Below, in pieces: positions 28,887-38,379 of a DNA stretch of 64,000 nt; positions within the stretch are counted from its first letter, which is position 1; every line of letters starts with the position of its first letter. This DNA is from Phycisphaerae bacterium (GTDB lineage Bacteria > Planctomycetota > Phycisphaerae > Phycisphaerales > SM1A02), in the NCBI GenBank assembly GCA_002722935.1, contig PBMX01000010.1, forward strand, positions 2,169-66,168, written 5' to 3'. The notes under the pieces were generated by a model that searched no databases, had not been told where the DNA came from, and was given only the letters and a program-made list of their open reading frames with translations. The translations under genes and the position numbers were made by a program.

Positions 28887-30281
28887 GTGCTCATGAACGC
28901 ACCCAACTGCTCGTGGAAGTTCCCGAAGATTCTCACGTCCGTAGGGACCTCGCTCCAGCCGGGGCGGTTGGTCATCGCGTTGCTCACCGTCACGCTGCTC
29001 ATGCTCGGTGGTGGAATCTGGGACGGCCTGGTGCCCGCCACCGTCAGTCCTCAAGGCCTCGAGGCGGGGACCTGGTCGGGTGAACACGAACTGGAGGATG
29101 CGGGCCTGCTGCGACGCTCCCTGCGACGGTGGACCGATGTCGACCTGTCCAACGAGCAAGACACTCCGACCGCCTCGGAGGTCCTTGAAGCGCTCAGGAA
29201 TTCGAGAGCTACGGCGATCAGTGACGGCGAGAGTGATGAACGTGTCCGGGCGATCACGCGAACCATCAACCAGGTGGAGGCCATCAGGCCTCGAGGTGCC
29301 TTCGAGGCGACGGTTGAAACACTTGGCGGCAACCTCAACCAGTTCATCGACGGCATGGTGCAACTTGCTCCGAGCCGGGTCATCGATGCGGTCGTGGGAA
29401 CGGTGTACCACCTTCCGGCAAGTCTCTGGCATGCAGGCCAATGCTGGTTCCTCGTCTTCTACGGGCTCTTCTTCTGCTTCGTCGTCGGCATCGGCGGAGG
29501 TGCGTTGTCGCGAATGGAGGCCTGCCAGCACGCGGCCAACGAGCGATTGACGATGCGCGACGCGATGAACCACTCGATCGAATACTGGCCCCGGTTCCTC
29601 GTCGCGCTTGCCATGCCGATGCTTCTTGCCGTGGTCATGTACGGCATCCTGCTGCTGATCGGGTTCGCCGGGATGAACATTCCCGGCCTGAACATCCTGA
29701 CGGGACTGCTCTACGGACTGGCACTGCTGGTGGGATTCCTGCTGGTCCTTCTGCTGCTGGGATACTCGGCTTGCAGCACCCTGCTCATCCCGGCCGTCGC
29801 CGTCGAGAACTGCGAGGGAGCCGACTCCATGCAGCGTGCCTGGGCCTACGTGCTCAACAGGCCGCTGCACATGCTGGTCTACCTGGTTACCGCGCTCGTC
29901 GGCCTTGCACTTGGTTTCCTCGTGGTCAACGTGTTTGCAACCATGACGATCAATCTCACCTCCTCGTCCATCGGCGCAGCGACATTCAACGATGCCATCA
30001 TCGAAGCGGGTCGCATGACGAGCGTCTTCGCTCCCATCGAGGGCCGGGCGTCGGGGGAATCGAGCATGTGGACCACGACCTGGACGGCTGGTCTCATCTC
30101 CACATGGATGATGCTCGTGCAGTACATGGTTGCGGGGTGGATCTTCTCCTACGTCATGGCCGCAAGCACGAGGGTCTACCTGCTGATGCGACAGGCCTGC
30201 GATGGACAGGATGAACGCCTGATCTGGTGGCCGGGCATGGTCGAGGGAACCTTGTCGGACGGCCCGGGCCGCGATGCCTGA
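28887..30281 (+). CDS. polytopic membrane protein, unknown function
   Basis: 464-aa ORF with one N-terminal span, a soluble segment of about 130 aa, then at least 5 long hydrophobic spans. No motif recognised. Confidence 0.55.
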   Translation: MLMNAPNCSWKFPKILTSVGTSLQPGRLVIALLTVTLLMLGGGIWDGLVPATVSPQGLEAGTWSGEHELEDAGLLRRSLRRWTDVDLSNEQDTPTASEVLEALRNSRATAISDGESDERVRAITRTINQVEAIRPRGAFEATVETLGGNLNQFIDGMVQLAPSRVIDAVVGTVYHLPASLWHAGQCWFLVFYGLFFCFVVGIGGGALSRMEACQHAANERLTMRDAMNHSIEYWPRFLVALAMPMLLAVVMYGILLLIGFAGMNIPGLNILTGLLYGLALLVGFLLVLLLLGYSACSTLLIPAVAVENCEGADSMQRAWAYVLNRPLHMLVYLVTALVGLALGFLVVNVFATMTINLTSSSIGAATFNDAIIEAGRMTSVFAPIEGRASGESSMWTTTWTAGLISTWMMLVQYMVAGWIFSYVMAASTRVYLLMRQACDGQDERLIWWPGMVEGTLSDGPGRDA

Positions 30282-30310
30282 ACAAGGATCACTCCGGTCT
30301 CAACGTCCAG

Positions 30311-30351
30311 AAAAAGAAAAGAGCCCGCCAGCCTTGCAGCTGAACGGGCTC
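30311..30351 (-). terminator. intrinsic terminator (reverse-strand orientation)
   Basis: Stem GAGCCCG / CGGGCTC with a 17-nt loop. On the reverse strand it is followed by TTTTCTTTTT. Lies 140 nt downstream of the udg stop. Confidence 0.6.
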
Positions 30352-30490
30352 CTTGTGGGGGGGGCACGTTTGGAGAAACCCGTGTTCCGCGTCGACTGAC
30401 AGCCGCGTGCACGGAAGGCCTCTCACTTGTGGCTTTCGTCCAGTGGGCAACAGTGGTTGCATGGCACTTCAAGAAGAAGCCATTTCAATT

Positions 30491-31285
30491 TCATTTCAAT
30501 CCAAGAAGTTCCATGACCTTCTGCAGGTCGCTCCAGACCTGGTTCCTGGTCTCCTTGGTGTAGTTCCGCAGGAGGTATGCGGGGTGGAAGGTGGGCATGA
30601 CCGGAATGTGGAGGTCATCATCGATCCATGAAGCCCAGCGGCCCCTGAGCCGGGTAATTCCTTCCTTCGTCTTGAGGACGAACTTCGTAGATGGACTTCC
30701 AAGTGTGACGATCGCGGCAGGTTGGATGATCCTTATCTGCTCGACGAGGTAGGGAGCAGAGGCCTCGATCTCCTCCGAAGTAGGGGTCCTGTTGTCAGGT
30801 GGCCTGGCTTTCAGGATGTTTGCGATGTAGACATCTTCACGCTGGAGACCCATCGATTCGATCATCTGGCCCAGTTTCTTGCCAGCGGCTCCGACGAAGG
30901 GTCTGCCGGTCCTGTCCTCCTCGGCACCCGGGGCTTCACCGATGAACATCAACCGAGCTTCGGGATCTCCTTCCCCGAACACGGGTTGGGTCGCTTCAGC
31001 GAGAGTGGGGCACAGCGGAAACTCCGCTTCTACTTTTGCCTTCAAGGAGGCCAGAAGCGGCGCCTTTTGGCAGTCATTTGAACCGGTTTCAGAAGCCGTC
31101 AAGATTACCGGTCCTTCCTCATCAACTTTGCCAGTCGTGTTGACCGGGATGAAGTCGACTCCCAGGAGTGCTTCGGTCTCAAGCTGTTGCTTGGCAAGTC
31201 GTTGCTGCTGGGCAGGTTCGGTTGGCATGGGCAGGTCGGCCTCCGGTAGGGGTGCTTTCTTGGGGTGCAGAGAATCGCGATTCAC
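30491..31285 (-). CDS. uracil-DNA glycosylase, family 4
   Basis: GEGDPEARLMFIGEAPGAEEDRTGRPFVGAAGKKL and HPAYLLRN motifs, with an N-terminal extension of about 90 aa. Confidence 0.85.
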   Translation of the reverse strand: MNRDSLHPKKAPLPEADLPMPTEPAQQQRLAKQQLETEALLGVDFIPVNTTGKVDEEGPVILTASETGSNDCQKAPLLASLKAKVEAEFPLCPTLAEATQPVFGEGDPEARLMFIGEAPGAEEDRTGRPFVGAAGKKLGQMIESMGLQREDVYIANILKARPPDNRTPTSEEIEASAPYLVEQIRIIQPAAIVTLGSPSTKFVLKTKEGITRLRGRWASWIDDDLHIPVMPTFHPAYLLRNYTKETRNQVWSDLQKVMELLGLK

Positions 31286-31419
31286 GTTCCTGGAGTGACA
31301 TTTTATCGAGAATTGTGTTGCCTTTGGCCCTCATATCGCAACAATGCTCGCCGGAGAGAGGGGAGTTGTTTACCGACGTATCTGTCCTTGAACCGAACAC
31401 AGAAACTGGACCCTCTCTG

Positions 31420-31998
31420 ATGACTTTCGCATCACGTACAACAAGTTTACAGGCCTATCACATGTTGCTTTTCCGCAACGGTGTGCACCCCGAGTTCTTC
31501 AATATCGAGGGCCGCAAGCGGATCGAGCACATGGGCTACGAGTTTGAAGCATGGCACTTCAAGGGTGGCCATGTCTGCCTCTTCGAGTTCGAGGGTGTCT
31601 GCCTTGTCGAGGTTGTTACCCCGGATCTCGAGACTCTGCCCGATCGTGGCCTCGTCACCACCATCCCCTGTGCAGGAGAGAAGGATCACGATTCCGTCTT
31701 TGGTGAGCGTATCACCTACATGACATCGATCCAGACCGAGACCCTCTCGGAGCACCTGTACCTGGGCACGTACAACGAACTCGCCGAGCATGCCAACGGG
31801 GCCGAGTGCCTTGTAACCGATTGGCGTGACATCGATGGGCAGAAGAACCTGTCGATCGTCGAACTCCAGCGATACAGCGACCAGGTTCACGTTCAGGGAT
31901 ACCACCTTCGCAGCGACTGCTCGATGGTGCTTCGGACCCAGTCGATCTTCCAGGCCGGGGTCAGCGAAGATGATTCCACTGAAGAAGAGACCGACTGA
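31420..31998 (+). CDS. conserved hypothetical protein (possibly DUF2617-like; name uncertain)
   Basis: 192 aa from MTFASRTTSLQAYHMLLFRNGVHPEFF. Coding-like codon usage and an acidic C-terminal tail. Confidence 0.55.
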   Translation: MTFASRTTSLQAYHMLLFRNGVHPEFFNIEGRKRIEHMGYEFEAWHFKGGHVCLFEFEGVCLVEVVTPDLETLPDRGLVTTIPCAGEKDHDSVFGERITYMTSIQTETLSEHLYLGTYNELAEHANGAECLVTDWRDIDGQKNLSIVELQRYSDQVHVQGYHLRSDCSMVLRTQSIFQAGVSEDDSTEEETD

Positions 31999-32022
31999 TC
32001 GGTCCTCTCACGTAGAGCGATT

Positions 32023-32493
32023 TCACGCACCCCCTTCGAGTTTCGAAGGGGGTGTGTTCACGATGAGGGTCACCGGACCGTCATTGACCAGTTGGACCTG
32101 CATCATGGCGCCGAAGAGGCCGGTCTTCACGTCGAGGCCATGGACCTGTCGCAAGGCGTCTGCAACCTGTTCATACAGTCGCTCCCCGTGAGTGGGCTCA
32201 GCGGCCTGGATGAAACTCGGCCGGTTTCCCTTGGCGGTATTCCCGAGCAATGTGAACTGGCTCACGAGGAGGACCTGCCCCCCGGTGTCCTGGACCGACC
32301 GGTTCATTCGTTCCTCTTCATCCTTGAATACCCTGAGCCGTGCCAGTTTCCCCGCCATCCAGTCGGCCGCTGCGTCATCATCCCCGGTGGCGACGCCGAG
32401 GAGTACCAGCAAACCGCCTTCAATGCAGGCACTGTATGCGGGCTTTTCTACGGTGACGGAGGCTGACAGGACACGTTGTACGACGGCAATCAT
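32023..32493 (-). CDS. dtd: D-aminoacyl-tRNA deacylase
   Basis: MIAVVQRV...LLVSQFTL...GNRPSF...NDGPVTL are canonical Dtd motifs. Start placed at the internal ATG. Confidence 0.9.
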   Translation of the reverse strand: MIAVVQRVLSASVTVEKPAYSACIEGGLLVLLGVATGDDDAAADWMAGKLARLRVFKDEEERMNRSVQDTGGQVLLVSQFTLLGNTAKGNRPSFIQAAEPTHGERLYEQVADALRQVHGLDVKTGLFGAMMQVQLVNDGPVTLIVNTPPSKLEGGA

Positions 32494-32742
32494 GGGTGAG
32501 TCTCGTTCCGCGGACTTCGGTCCAATGGGGTATCCCGGAGAAGAATAACTGGCTTTCAATGCATGGAGTTCGTGAATCAGGCCGGCCAGGGGCAATATCC
32601 CATCGAAAGAGAGCGTTCCCCCCATGCCAGATTTGAGGGGGCATGACCTCGAAATCGGGATATCATGACCCCCTGAACAACCCTGTGCCTCACGTGCGAG
32701 AGCTCACGTCGGGAGGCACATACCGAGACGAGGACTTTCCCA

Positions 32743-34410
32743 ATGCGTTCCATCAACTCCCTTCGTGTGCTGCCCATGGCAGCAGTTTCCTGCTTCCTGG
32801 TGGCGAGCTTCTCCATGGCCCAGGCCACGGGTGGTTCGGCGCCGGCACCCAAGCCTCCAAAGCCCCTGGGGCCGGTGGGGCCGAGCAGTCCTGCAGCACC
32901 GGCGGCCGAGGAAGAGGACATCGTCCAGGTCATCACCGCGACGCCCGAGGAGATCAATCTCGGTGAGTTCTCGACCAGTGAAACCCTCCCCGGCACGGTG
33001 ACCCTCAAGAACACCTCCGATGAATCCGTCACGATCGTTTCGGCGAAGGCCTCCTGTGGATGCACCACGGCGGACTTCAAGCGCAATACCGTGCTGAATC
33101 CCGGCGAGGAAGTCGACGTCACAATCCGTCTTCGCGGGGGTCCGACCGCACGCGTTCTCAACAAGACGGTGACCTTCACGATCGAGGGCTATCCACAGCT
33201 CCAGGTGCCGGTCAAGGGCACCTCGGTTTCGTACGTCACGATGAGTCCCGACAGGATCGGGCAGGACGAGAATCCCGATGGAGAGATCGTGCTCGAATCC
33301 ATCGATGGAGATCCCTTCAAGATCGTGAACGTGCAGCCCGCGATTCTCGCTGAGATGCCGACGGAAGCCGCATCCAAGCACGTGGTGAAGATCGACTGGG
33401 ACAAGTTCTGGGCGGATGCACGGAACGCCAAGGTCACCTTCTTCTTCGATCATCCACGTTGCAACCAGCATTACTTCCTGGTGAAGTTGAACCCCGAGCA
33501 ACGGGCCGAGATCAATCGTCGCATTCGTGAAACCGGCCGCAAGGGCAATGAGCCGACGAAGGCTCCGAAGGGTTCACAGAACTCGACGACGACGCCCGTC
33601 GTACAAGACATCAAGGTGCTCGTGAAGCAGGGGCGTACCGACGAAATCCTGCAGCGCATCAATGACAACACGGTGGATGTCGACTATCAGGACAAGAGTG
33701 GAATGAGCATCATCGGCATGGCCGCCAAGGAAGGCAATGACGAGATGATGACCGCCCTGATCGAGGCTGGCGGTGACTTCGACGCCGCGGACAATGTGGG
33801 TCGTACGCCGTTGATGCACGCGGGTACTTCGAAGAATCCGGTCGCGGTCCGCGTGCTCATCGATGCGGGGGCCGACGTCAACAAGCAGGACACCTTCATC
33901 GGCGGTCCGCTTGCCTGGACCTGCGGGTTCGGAACAGCCGAGTCCGTCCAGGATCTCATCGATGCCGGCGCACAGGCGGAGACCGTCGGTGCGGCAACCG
34001 GGTTCACACCCCTCATCTGGGCCTCGGGCTTCGGCGACCCCAACTCAGTTCCGATTCTCCTCGAGGCTGGAGCGAACATCGAAGCGAAGGACACCATCGA
34101 TGGTGGCACACCTCTCATCCACGCCTCGAGAACAGGTGAGCTCATCGCCGTCAAGAGCCTTGTGGAAGGTGGGGCGGACATCAATACAGCTGACAGGAAC
34201 GGCAAGACGGCCTTCCTCAACGCAGCCGGTCACTCCGGAGGTTCAGTCGAGAAACTGACCGTGCTCATCGAGGCCGGTTCAGATCTCGGGGCCACGGACA
34301 ATGCCGGACGCAATGCACTCGATCTGGCCAGGGCCCGAACGGATGCAGACGCCTCCGCGGTCATCGTGCTTCTCGAGCAGCATGTCGATGCCTCGGCTGA
34401 CGAGGACTGA
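32743..34410 (+). CDS. secreted DUF1573-domain protein fused to ankyrin repeats
   Basis: Signal peptide; DUF1573 hallmark KASCGCTTADF inside an Ig-like module. The C-terminal half carries about 7 ankyrin repeats (GRTPLMHAG...LIDAGADVNKQD and similar). Confidence 0.8.
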   Translation: MRSINSLRVLPMAAVSCFLVASFSMAQATGGSAPAPKPPKPLGPVGPSSPAAPAAEEEDIVQVITATPEEINLGEFSTSETLPGTVTLKNTSDESVTIVSAKASCGCTTADFKRNTVLNPGEEVDVTIRLRGGPTARVLNKTVTFTIEGYPQLQVPVKGTSVSYVTMSPDRIGQDENPDGEIVLESIDGDPFKIVNVQPAILAEMPTEAASKHVVKIDWDKFWADARNAKVTFFFDHPRCNQHYFLVKLNPEQRAEINRRIRETGRKGNEPTKAPKGSQNSTTTPVVQDIKVLVKQGRTDEILQRINDNTVDVDYQDKSGMSIIGMAAKEGNDEMMTALIEAGGDFDAADNVGRTPLMHAGTSKNPVAVRVLIDAGADVNKQDTFIGGPLAWTCGFGTAESVQDLIDAGAQAETVGAATGFTPLIWASGFGDPNSVPILLEAGANIEAKDTIDGGTPLIHASRTGELIAVKSLVEGGADINTADRNGKTAFLNAAGHSGGSVEKLTVLIEAGSDLGATDNAGRNALDLARARTDADASAVIVLLEQHVDASADED

Positions 34411-34520
34411 TCGCAGCGACGATTCGAAGCGTTACCACGCCCCGGGGTTCTTGCCCCGGGGCGTGTTCGTTCGGGAACCTCGTCTGCTACACTGGCCGAT
34501 CCGGAAGAAGGAGCAACCAC

Positions 34521-36071
34521 ATGACGACCGCAACCCATATGAAGGACAGCGCCACCATGCCGTCCCACTACACGAACCTGCTTGATCTCGCACGCGAGGC
34601 GAACCTCGTCGGCGGCAGCATGTCCATCCTCGGTTGGGACCAGGAGGTCCTGATGCCCGAAGGCGGCATCGAGTACCGAGGAAGGCAGCTGGCCCTGCTG
34701 GCCAAGCTTCATCACGAGATGAGCACGAGCACGGCCTTCGCCGATGCCCTCGCCGAGTGCGAAGCCGACGGTGATCTGGTGGATGACCCAACGAGCCCCT
34801 CGGCCGTGAATCTCCGTGAACTGCGCTGGTCCCTTGACCGGAGGACGAAGCTCCCGGCCGAACTGGTCGAGGAGGAGGCGAAACTCTCCAGCGAGGGGAT
34901 GCACGCCTGGAAGAACGCCAGGGCCGAGTCCGACTTCTCCGCCTTTGCTCCTTCACTGAAGAAGATCGTCGACATGCTCCGTCGAAAGGCCGAGTGCTAC
35001 GGCTGGGCGGAGGGCGGGGAAGCCTGGGATGCACTGGCCGAGGATTACGAGAAGGGATGCACCGCCGCCTGGGTGGAATCCATCTTCACGCCCTTGCGTG
35101 AACGACTCCAGGGTCTGCTCGACGACATCATGGGCGCCTCCACCTCACCAAGCAACGCCTTCAACGAGATCGAACTGCCCGTGGATCAGCAGAAGACCTT
35201 CGTTCGAGCCGTCGCCGACCGTTTCGGGTTCGATTTCAACCGTGGACGACTGGATGAATCGACGCATCCCTTCTGCAGCGGTTCGCATTGCAACGACATC
35301 CGGATGACGACGCGTTTCCACGTCGCGAACGTGAACGACGCGCTCGGTTCTACCATGCACGAGACCGGGCACGGACTCTACGAGCAGGGGCTTCTTCCAG
35401 AGCACATCGGGACGCCAATGGGTGATTCCGTGTCGCTGGGCATCCACGAATCGCAGAGCCGTATGTGGGAGAACCAGGTCGGCCGCAGCGAATCGTTCTG
35501 GCGATGGTGTCACCCGATGCTCAAGGAGCACTTCGGTGATGCCGTCTCTTCGCTGAGTTTCGATGATGTCTACGGTGGAGCGAACATCGTGAAGCCCGAC
35601 TTCATCCGTGTCGAGGCCGATGAATCGACCTACAACATGCACATCATGATCCGCTTCGAACTGGAACGCGCCATCATGTCCGGCGACCTGGACGTGGATG
35701 ACATTCCCGAGGCGTGGAACTCCAAGTACCGCGAGTACCTTGGGATCGAGGTGCCGAATGACGCCAGGGGCTGTCTCCAGGACATCCACTGGTCGATGAC
35801 ATCCATGGGCTACTTCCCGACATATACGCTGGGGAACCTCTACTGCGCCCAGTTCTTCGAGAAGGCGATGGCGGACCATCCGGGCCTGCACGACGAGTTC
35901 GCCAAGGGCGAGTTCGGCACGCTGCTGGGCTGGTTGCGGACGAACATCCACGAGCATGGCCAGCGATACCGTGCGGCGGAACTCTGCGAAGTCGTCACTG
36001 GATCGCCGCTGACGGCTGACCCGCTGCTTCGACACCTTGAAGGCAAGCTTCGACCGCTCTACGGCGTCTGA
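34521..36071 (+). CDS. M32 carboxypeptidase (Taq-type thermostable carboxypeptidase 1 family)
   Basis: HETGHGLYEQG (HEXXH), STHPFC (HPF), HESQSRMWEN and IRVEADE motifs. Confidence 0.9.
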   Translation: MTTATHMKDSATMPSHYTNLLDLAREANLVGGSMSILGWDQEVLMPEGGIEYRGRQLALLAKLHHEMSTSTAFADALAECEADGDLVDDPTSPSAVNLRELRWSLDRRTKLPAELVEEEAKLSSEGMHAWKNARAESDFSAFAPSLKKIVDMLRRKAECYGWAEGGEAWDALAEDYEKGCTAAWVESIFTPLRERLQGLLDDIMGASTSPSNAFNEIELPVDQQKTFVRAVADRFGFDFNRGRLDESTHPFCSGSHCNDIRMTTRFHVANVNDALGSTMHETGHGLYEQGLLPEHIGTPMGDSVSLGIHESQSRMWENQVGRSESFWRWCHPMLKEHFGDAVSSLSFDDVYGGANIVKPDFIRVEADESTYNMHIMIRFELERAIMSGDLDVDDIPEAWNSKYREYLGIEVPNDARGCLQDIHWSMTSMGYFPTYTLGNLYCAQFFEKAMADHPGLHDEFAKGEFGTLLGWLRTNIHEHGQRYRAAELCEVVTGSPLTADPLLRHLEGKLRPLYGV

Positions 36072-37153
36072 GCGACCCAGGATCCGTGCATGCACGAGGT
36101 CTCGGCGCGTCCCGTGATGTGCGCGAGCGTGATGGGGATGCCATCTTCGGCGAGGGCTCCGAGGACGGCCATGGCAGCCGCCTCCCGCTCCATGCCGTCA
36201 TCGAGCAGGTCGACGTCCACTCCGAGCGACTCCTGGATGCAGGAGACGAGGCATCGGTTCATGGTGCCTCCGCCTGCAAGCAGGACTTCACGCGTGTCAT
36301 GGCCCTTGATTCCGGCCGCGAGGCAGGCGGCGATGGCTGCAGCGGCCGAGGCGGCTGCATCCCCCGCATCATGGTGTTCCAACGTGGCCCGGACCCAATC
36401 GAGGCACTCATCACCGGAACCCAGTGACCGTCCACCGGTCCGCTGGGCCTCGAGGAGTGCATGTAGTCCATCAACCAGTTCGGGATCGCTGGCACCGGCC
36501 ATCGCCCTGCTGCCCCCCTCGTCGTAGGGTTGGTCCAGCCCCAGGCGTGCGATGGCGTCAAGTACCTGGTTGCAGGCGCAGATATCGGCGCCTTGAACAT
36601 GCTGGAGTGGATCCGTCGCGTCGGATCCGGGAAGAAAGGTGGCGTTGATGAACCCGCCGAGGTTCACGATGGCCACGGGGTGGGGTCGCCTGTAGAGGAT
36701 CCAGTCAGACAGTGGTGTGATGGGGGCTCCCTGCCCGCCTGCGGCGCGGTCCATGCCTCGCAGGTCGCTGACGATGCGGGCTTTGAAGCGGTGCGCCAGC
36801 GGGAAGGGGTCGATCAACTGCCAGGAGTCGGGTGGTGCATGGTGCACCGTCTGGCCGTGAACCGCGATGAGGTCGATGTCCGACTCGAGCCCGATGGCCG
36901 CGATGGCCTCTCCGCAGGCTTCCCCGAGAAGTCGCCGCAGGCGGGCGATTTCCGAGGCCTGCATCGGTTCATCACATGCAAGCCTGCGCATGGGTTCGGA
37001 CAGTTCACCCAGCGGCTGTGAGGCATGGCCCAGTTCCTTCGCGCTCATCTCCAGGCCATGCCCGTCGAGTTCGATGGCGCAGGCATCGATCGCATCGATG
37101 CTTTTCCCCGTCATGACCCCGACGGCGATCCGGGATGTCACTCGACCTGGCAT
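36059..37153 (-). CDS. anmK: anhydro-N-acetylmuramic acid kinase
   Basis: GVMTGKSIDAIDA, HGQTVHH, GGQGAPITP and LLAGGGTMN follow the AnmK pattern. Start at the internal ATG MPGRV. Confidence 0.8.
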   Translation of the reverse strand: MPGRVTSRIAVGVMTGKSIDAIDACAIELDGHGLEMSAKELGHASQPLGELSEPMRRLACDEPMQASEIARLRRLLGEACGEAIAAIGLESDIDLIAVHGQTVHHAPPDSWQLIDPFPLAHRFKARIVSDLRGMDRAAGGQGAPITPLSDWILYRRPHPVAIVNLGGFINATFLPGSDATDPLQHVQGADICACNQVLDAIARLGLDQPYDEGGSRAMAGASDPELVDGLHALLEAQRTGGRSLGSGDECLDWVRATLEHHDAGDAAASAAAAIAACLAAGIKGHDTREVLLAGGGTMNRCLVSCIQESLGVDVDLLDDGMEREAAAMAVLGALAEDGIPITLAHITGRAETSCMHGSWVAQTP

Positions 37154-37191
37154 GAGCCGCAGTTCCTTCCGGTGAGGTATCCTCCGCATCC

Positions 37192-38190
37192 ATGGCGGAC
37201 ATCGGACACAGGGTACTGGTCACGGGCGGAGCCGGGTTCCTCGGATCGCACTTGTGCGATGCGCTCGTCGATCGCGGTCACGAGGTGACCTGCGTCGACA
37301 ACTTCCTGACGGGGCACCGCCAGCACGTGGCCCATCTCGAGGGTCATGATCGGTTCTCGATCATCGAGCATGACATCATCGAGCCGATCGATCTTTCCGT
37401 CGATGCCATCTTCAACCTCGCCTGCCCGGCTGCACCCGGGCATTACCAGGCCGACCCGATACACACCTGGAAGACGTCCGTCTTCGGTATCAGCAACATG
37501 GTCGAACTGGCCAGGCGCAATGGTGCAACCCTGTTCCACAGTTCCACGAGCGAGGTCTACGGCGATCCCGACGTGTCGCCGCAGCCCGAGAGTTATCGCG
37601 GGCATGTGAATCCCATCGGCCCACGCGCCTGCTACGACGAGGGAAAGCGTGCCGCCGAGACCCTGCTGTTCGACGTGCACAGGAGGGGTGATGTCCGCAT
37701 CAAGGTCGTCAGGATCTTCAACACCTACGGTCCGAGGATGCATCCATACGACGGCCGTGTCGTGAGCAACTTCATCAGGCAGGCCCTTGCCGAGGAGGAC
37801 ATCACCATCTTCGGGGATGGAACCCAGACTCGTTCCTTCTGCTACGTGGATGACCTCATCGATGGATTCCTGCGCATGATGGAGGGTCCGGATGACCTCC
37901 CGGGTCCGGTCAACATGGGCAACCCGGAGGAGCGGACGATTCTCGACCTGGCCGAGCGGGTGCTGGCCCTGGTCGGTTCCTCTTCGAAGCTCGTGAAAAG
38001 GCCACTTCCTCCGGATGACCCGCTGCAGAGGCGTCCCGATATCTCCCTTGCCCGGGAGCGACTGGGCTGGAGCCCTTCAGTCGGAATCGAGGAGGGGCTT
38101 CAGCAGACCCTGGAGGCCTTCAGGGGGCTTGATCTGGATGAATGGACCCCACCGACCGAGTACTGGCAAGGGCCTCCTCTGGAGGCCTGA
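37192..38190 (+). CDS. UDP-glucuronate decarboxylase (UDP-xylose synthase), SDR family
   Basis: [35 protein letters not shown] and [10 protein letters not shown] (YxxxK), followed by [10 protein letters not shown]. Confidence 0.85.
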   Translation: MADIGHRVLVTGGAGFLGSHLCDALVDRGHEVTCVDNFLTGHRQHVAHLEGHDRFSIIEHDIIEPIDLSVDAIFNLACPAAPGHYQADPIHTWKTSVFGISNMVELARRNGATLFHSSTSEVYGDPDVSPQPESYRGHVNPIGPRACYDEGKRAAETLLFDVHRRGDVRIKVVRIFNTYGPRMHPYDGRVVSNFIRQALAEEDITIFGDGTQTRSFCYVDDLIDGFLRMMEGPDDLPGPVNMGNPEERTILDLAERVLALVGSSSKLVKRPLPPDDPLQRRPDISLARERLGWSPSVGIEEGLQQTLEAFRGLDLDEWTPPTEYWQGPPLEA

Positions 38191-38254
38191 GGGGCTCCAG
38201 GGCCGCCTGAGGGTGAATCTGGGCCCCCGTTTCCAGCCATGAGGTTGATCCTGG

Positions 38255-38323
38255 CCGAAACACCCGAACAGATTCCGAAAATTTATACCGAATATCTACC
38301 GAACAGACCTTGCGGAATCCGAT
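38255..38323 (+). promoter_or_regulatory. phased CCGAA direct-repeat array in the AT-rich recA upstream region
   Basis: Exact CCGAA at 38255, 38264, 38275, 38288 and 38299 (spacings 9/11/13/11), plus variants CGGAA (38313) and CCGAT (38319). Surrounds an AAATTTATAC stretch. The last exact copy ends about 77 nt before the recA ATG. Confidence 0.5.
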
Positions 38324-38379
38324 CATTCTGGCATCCTGTCGGACTTTGACGGATCAAGTGACTTGGAAAGGAATTCAGC

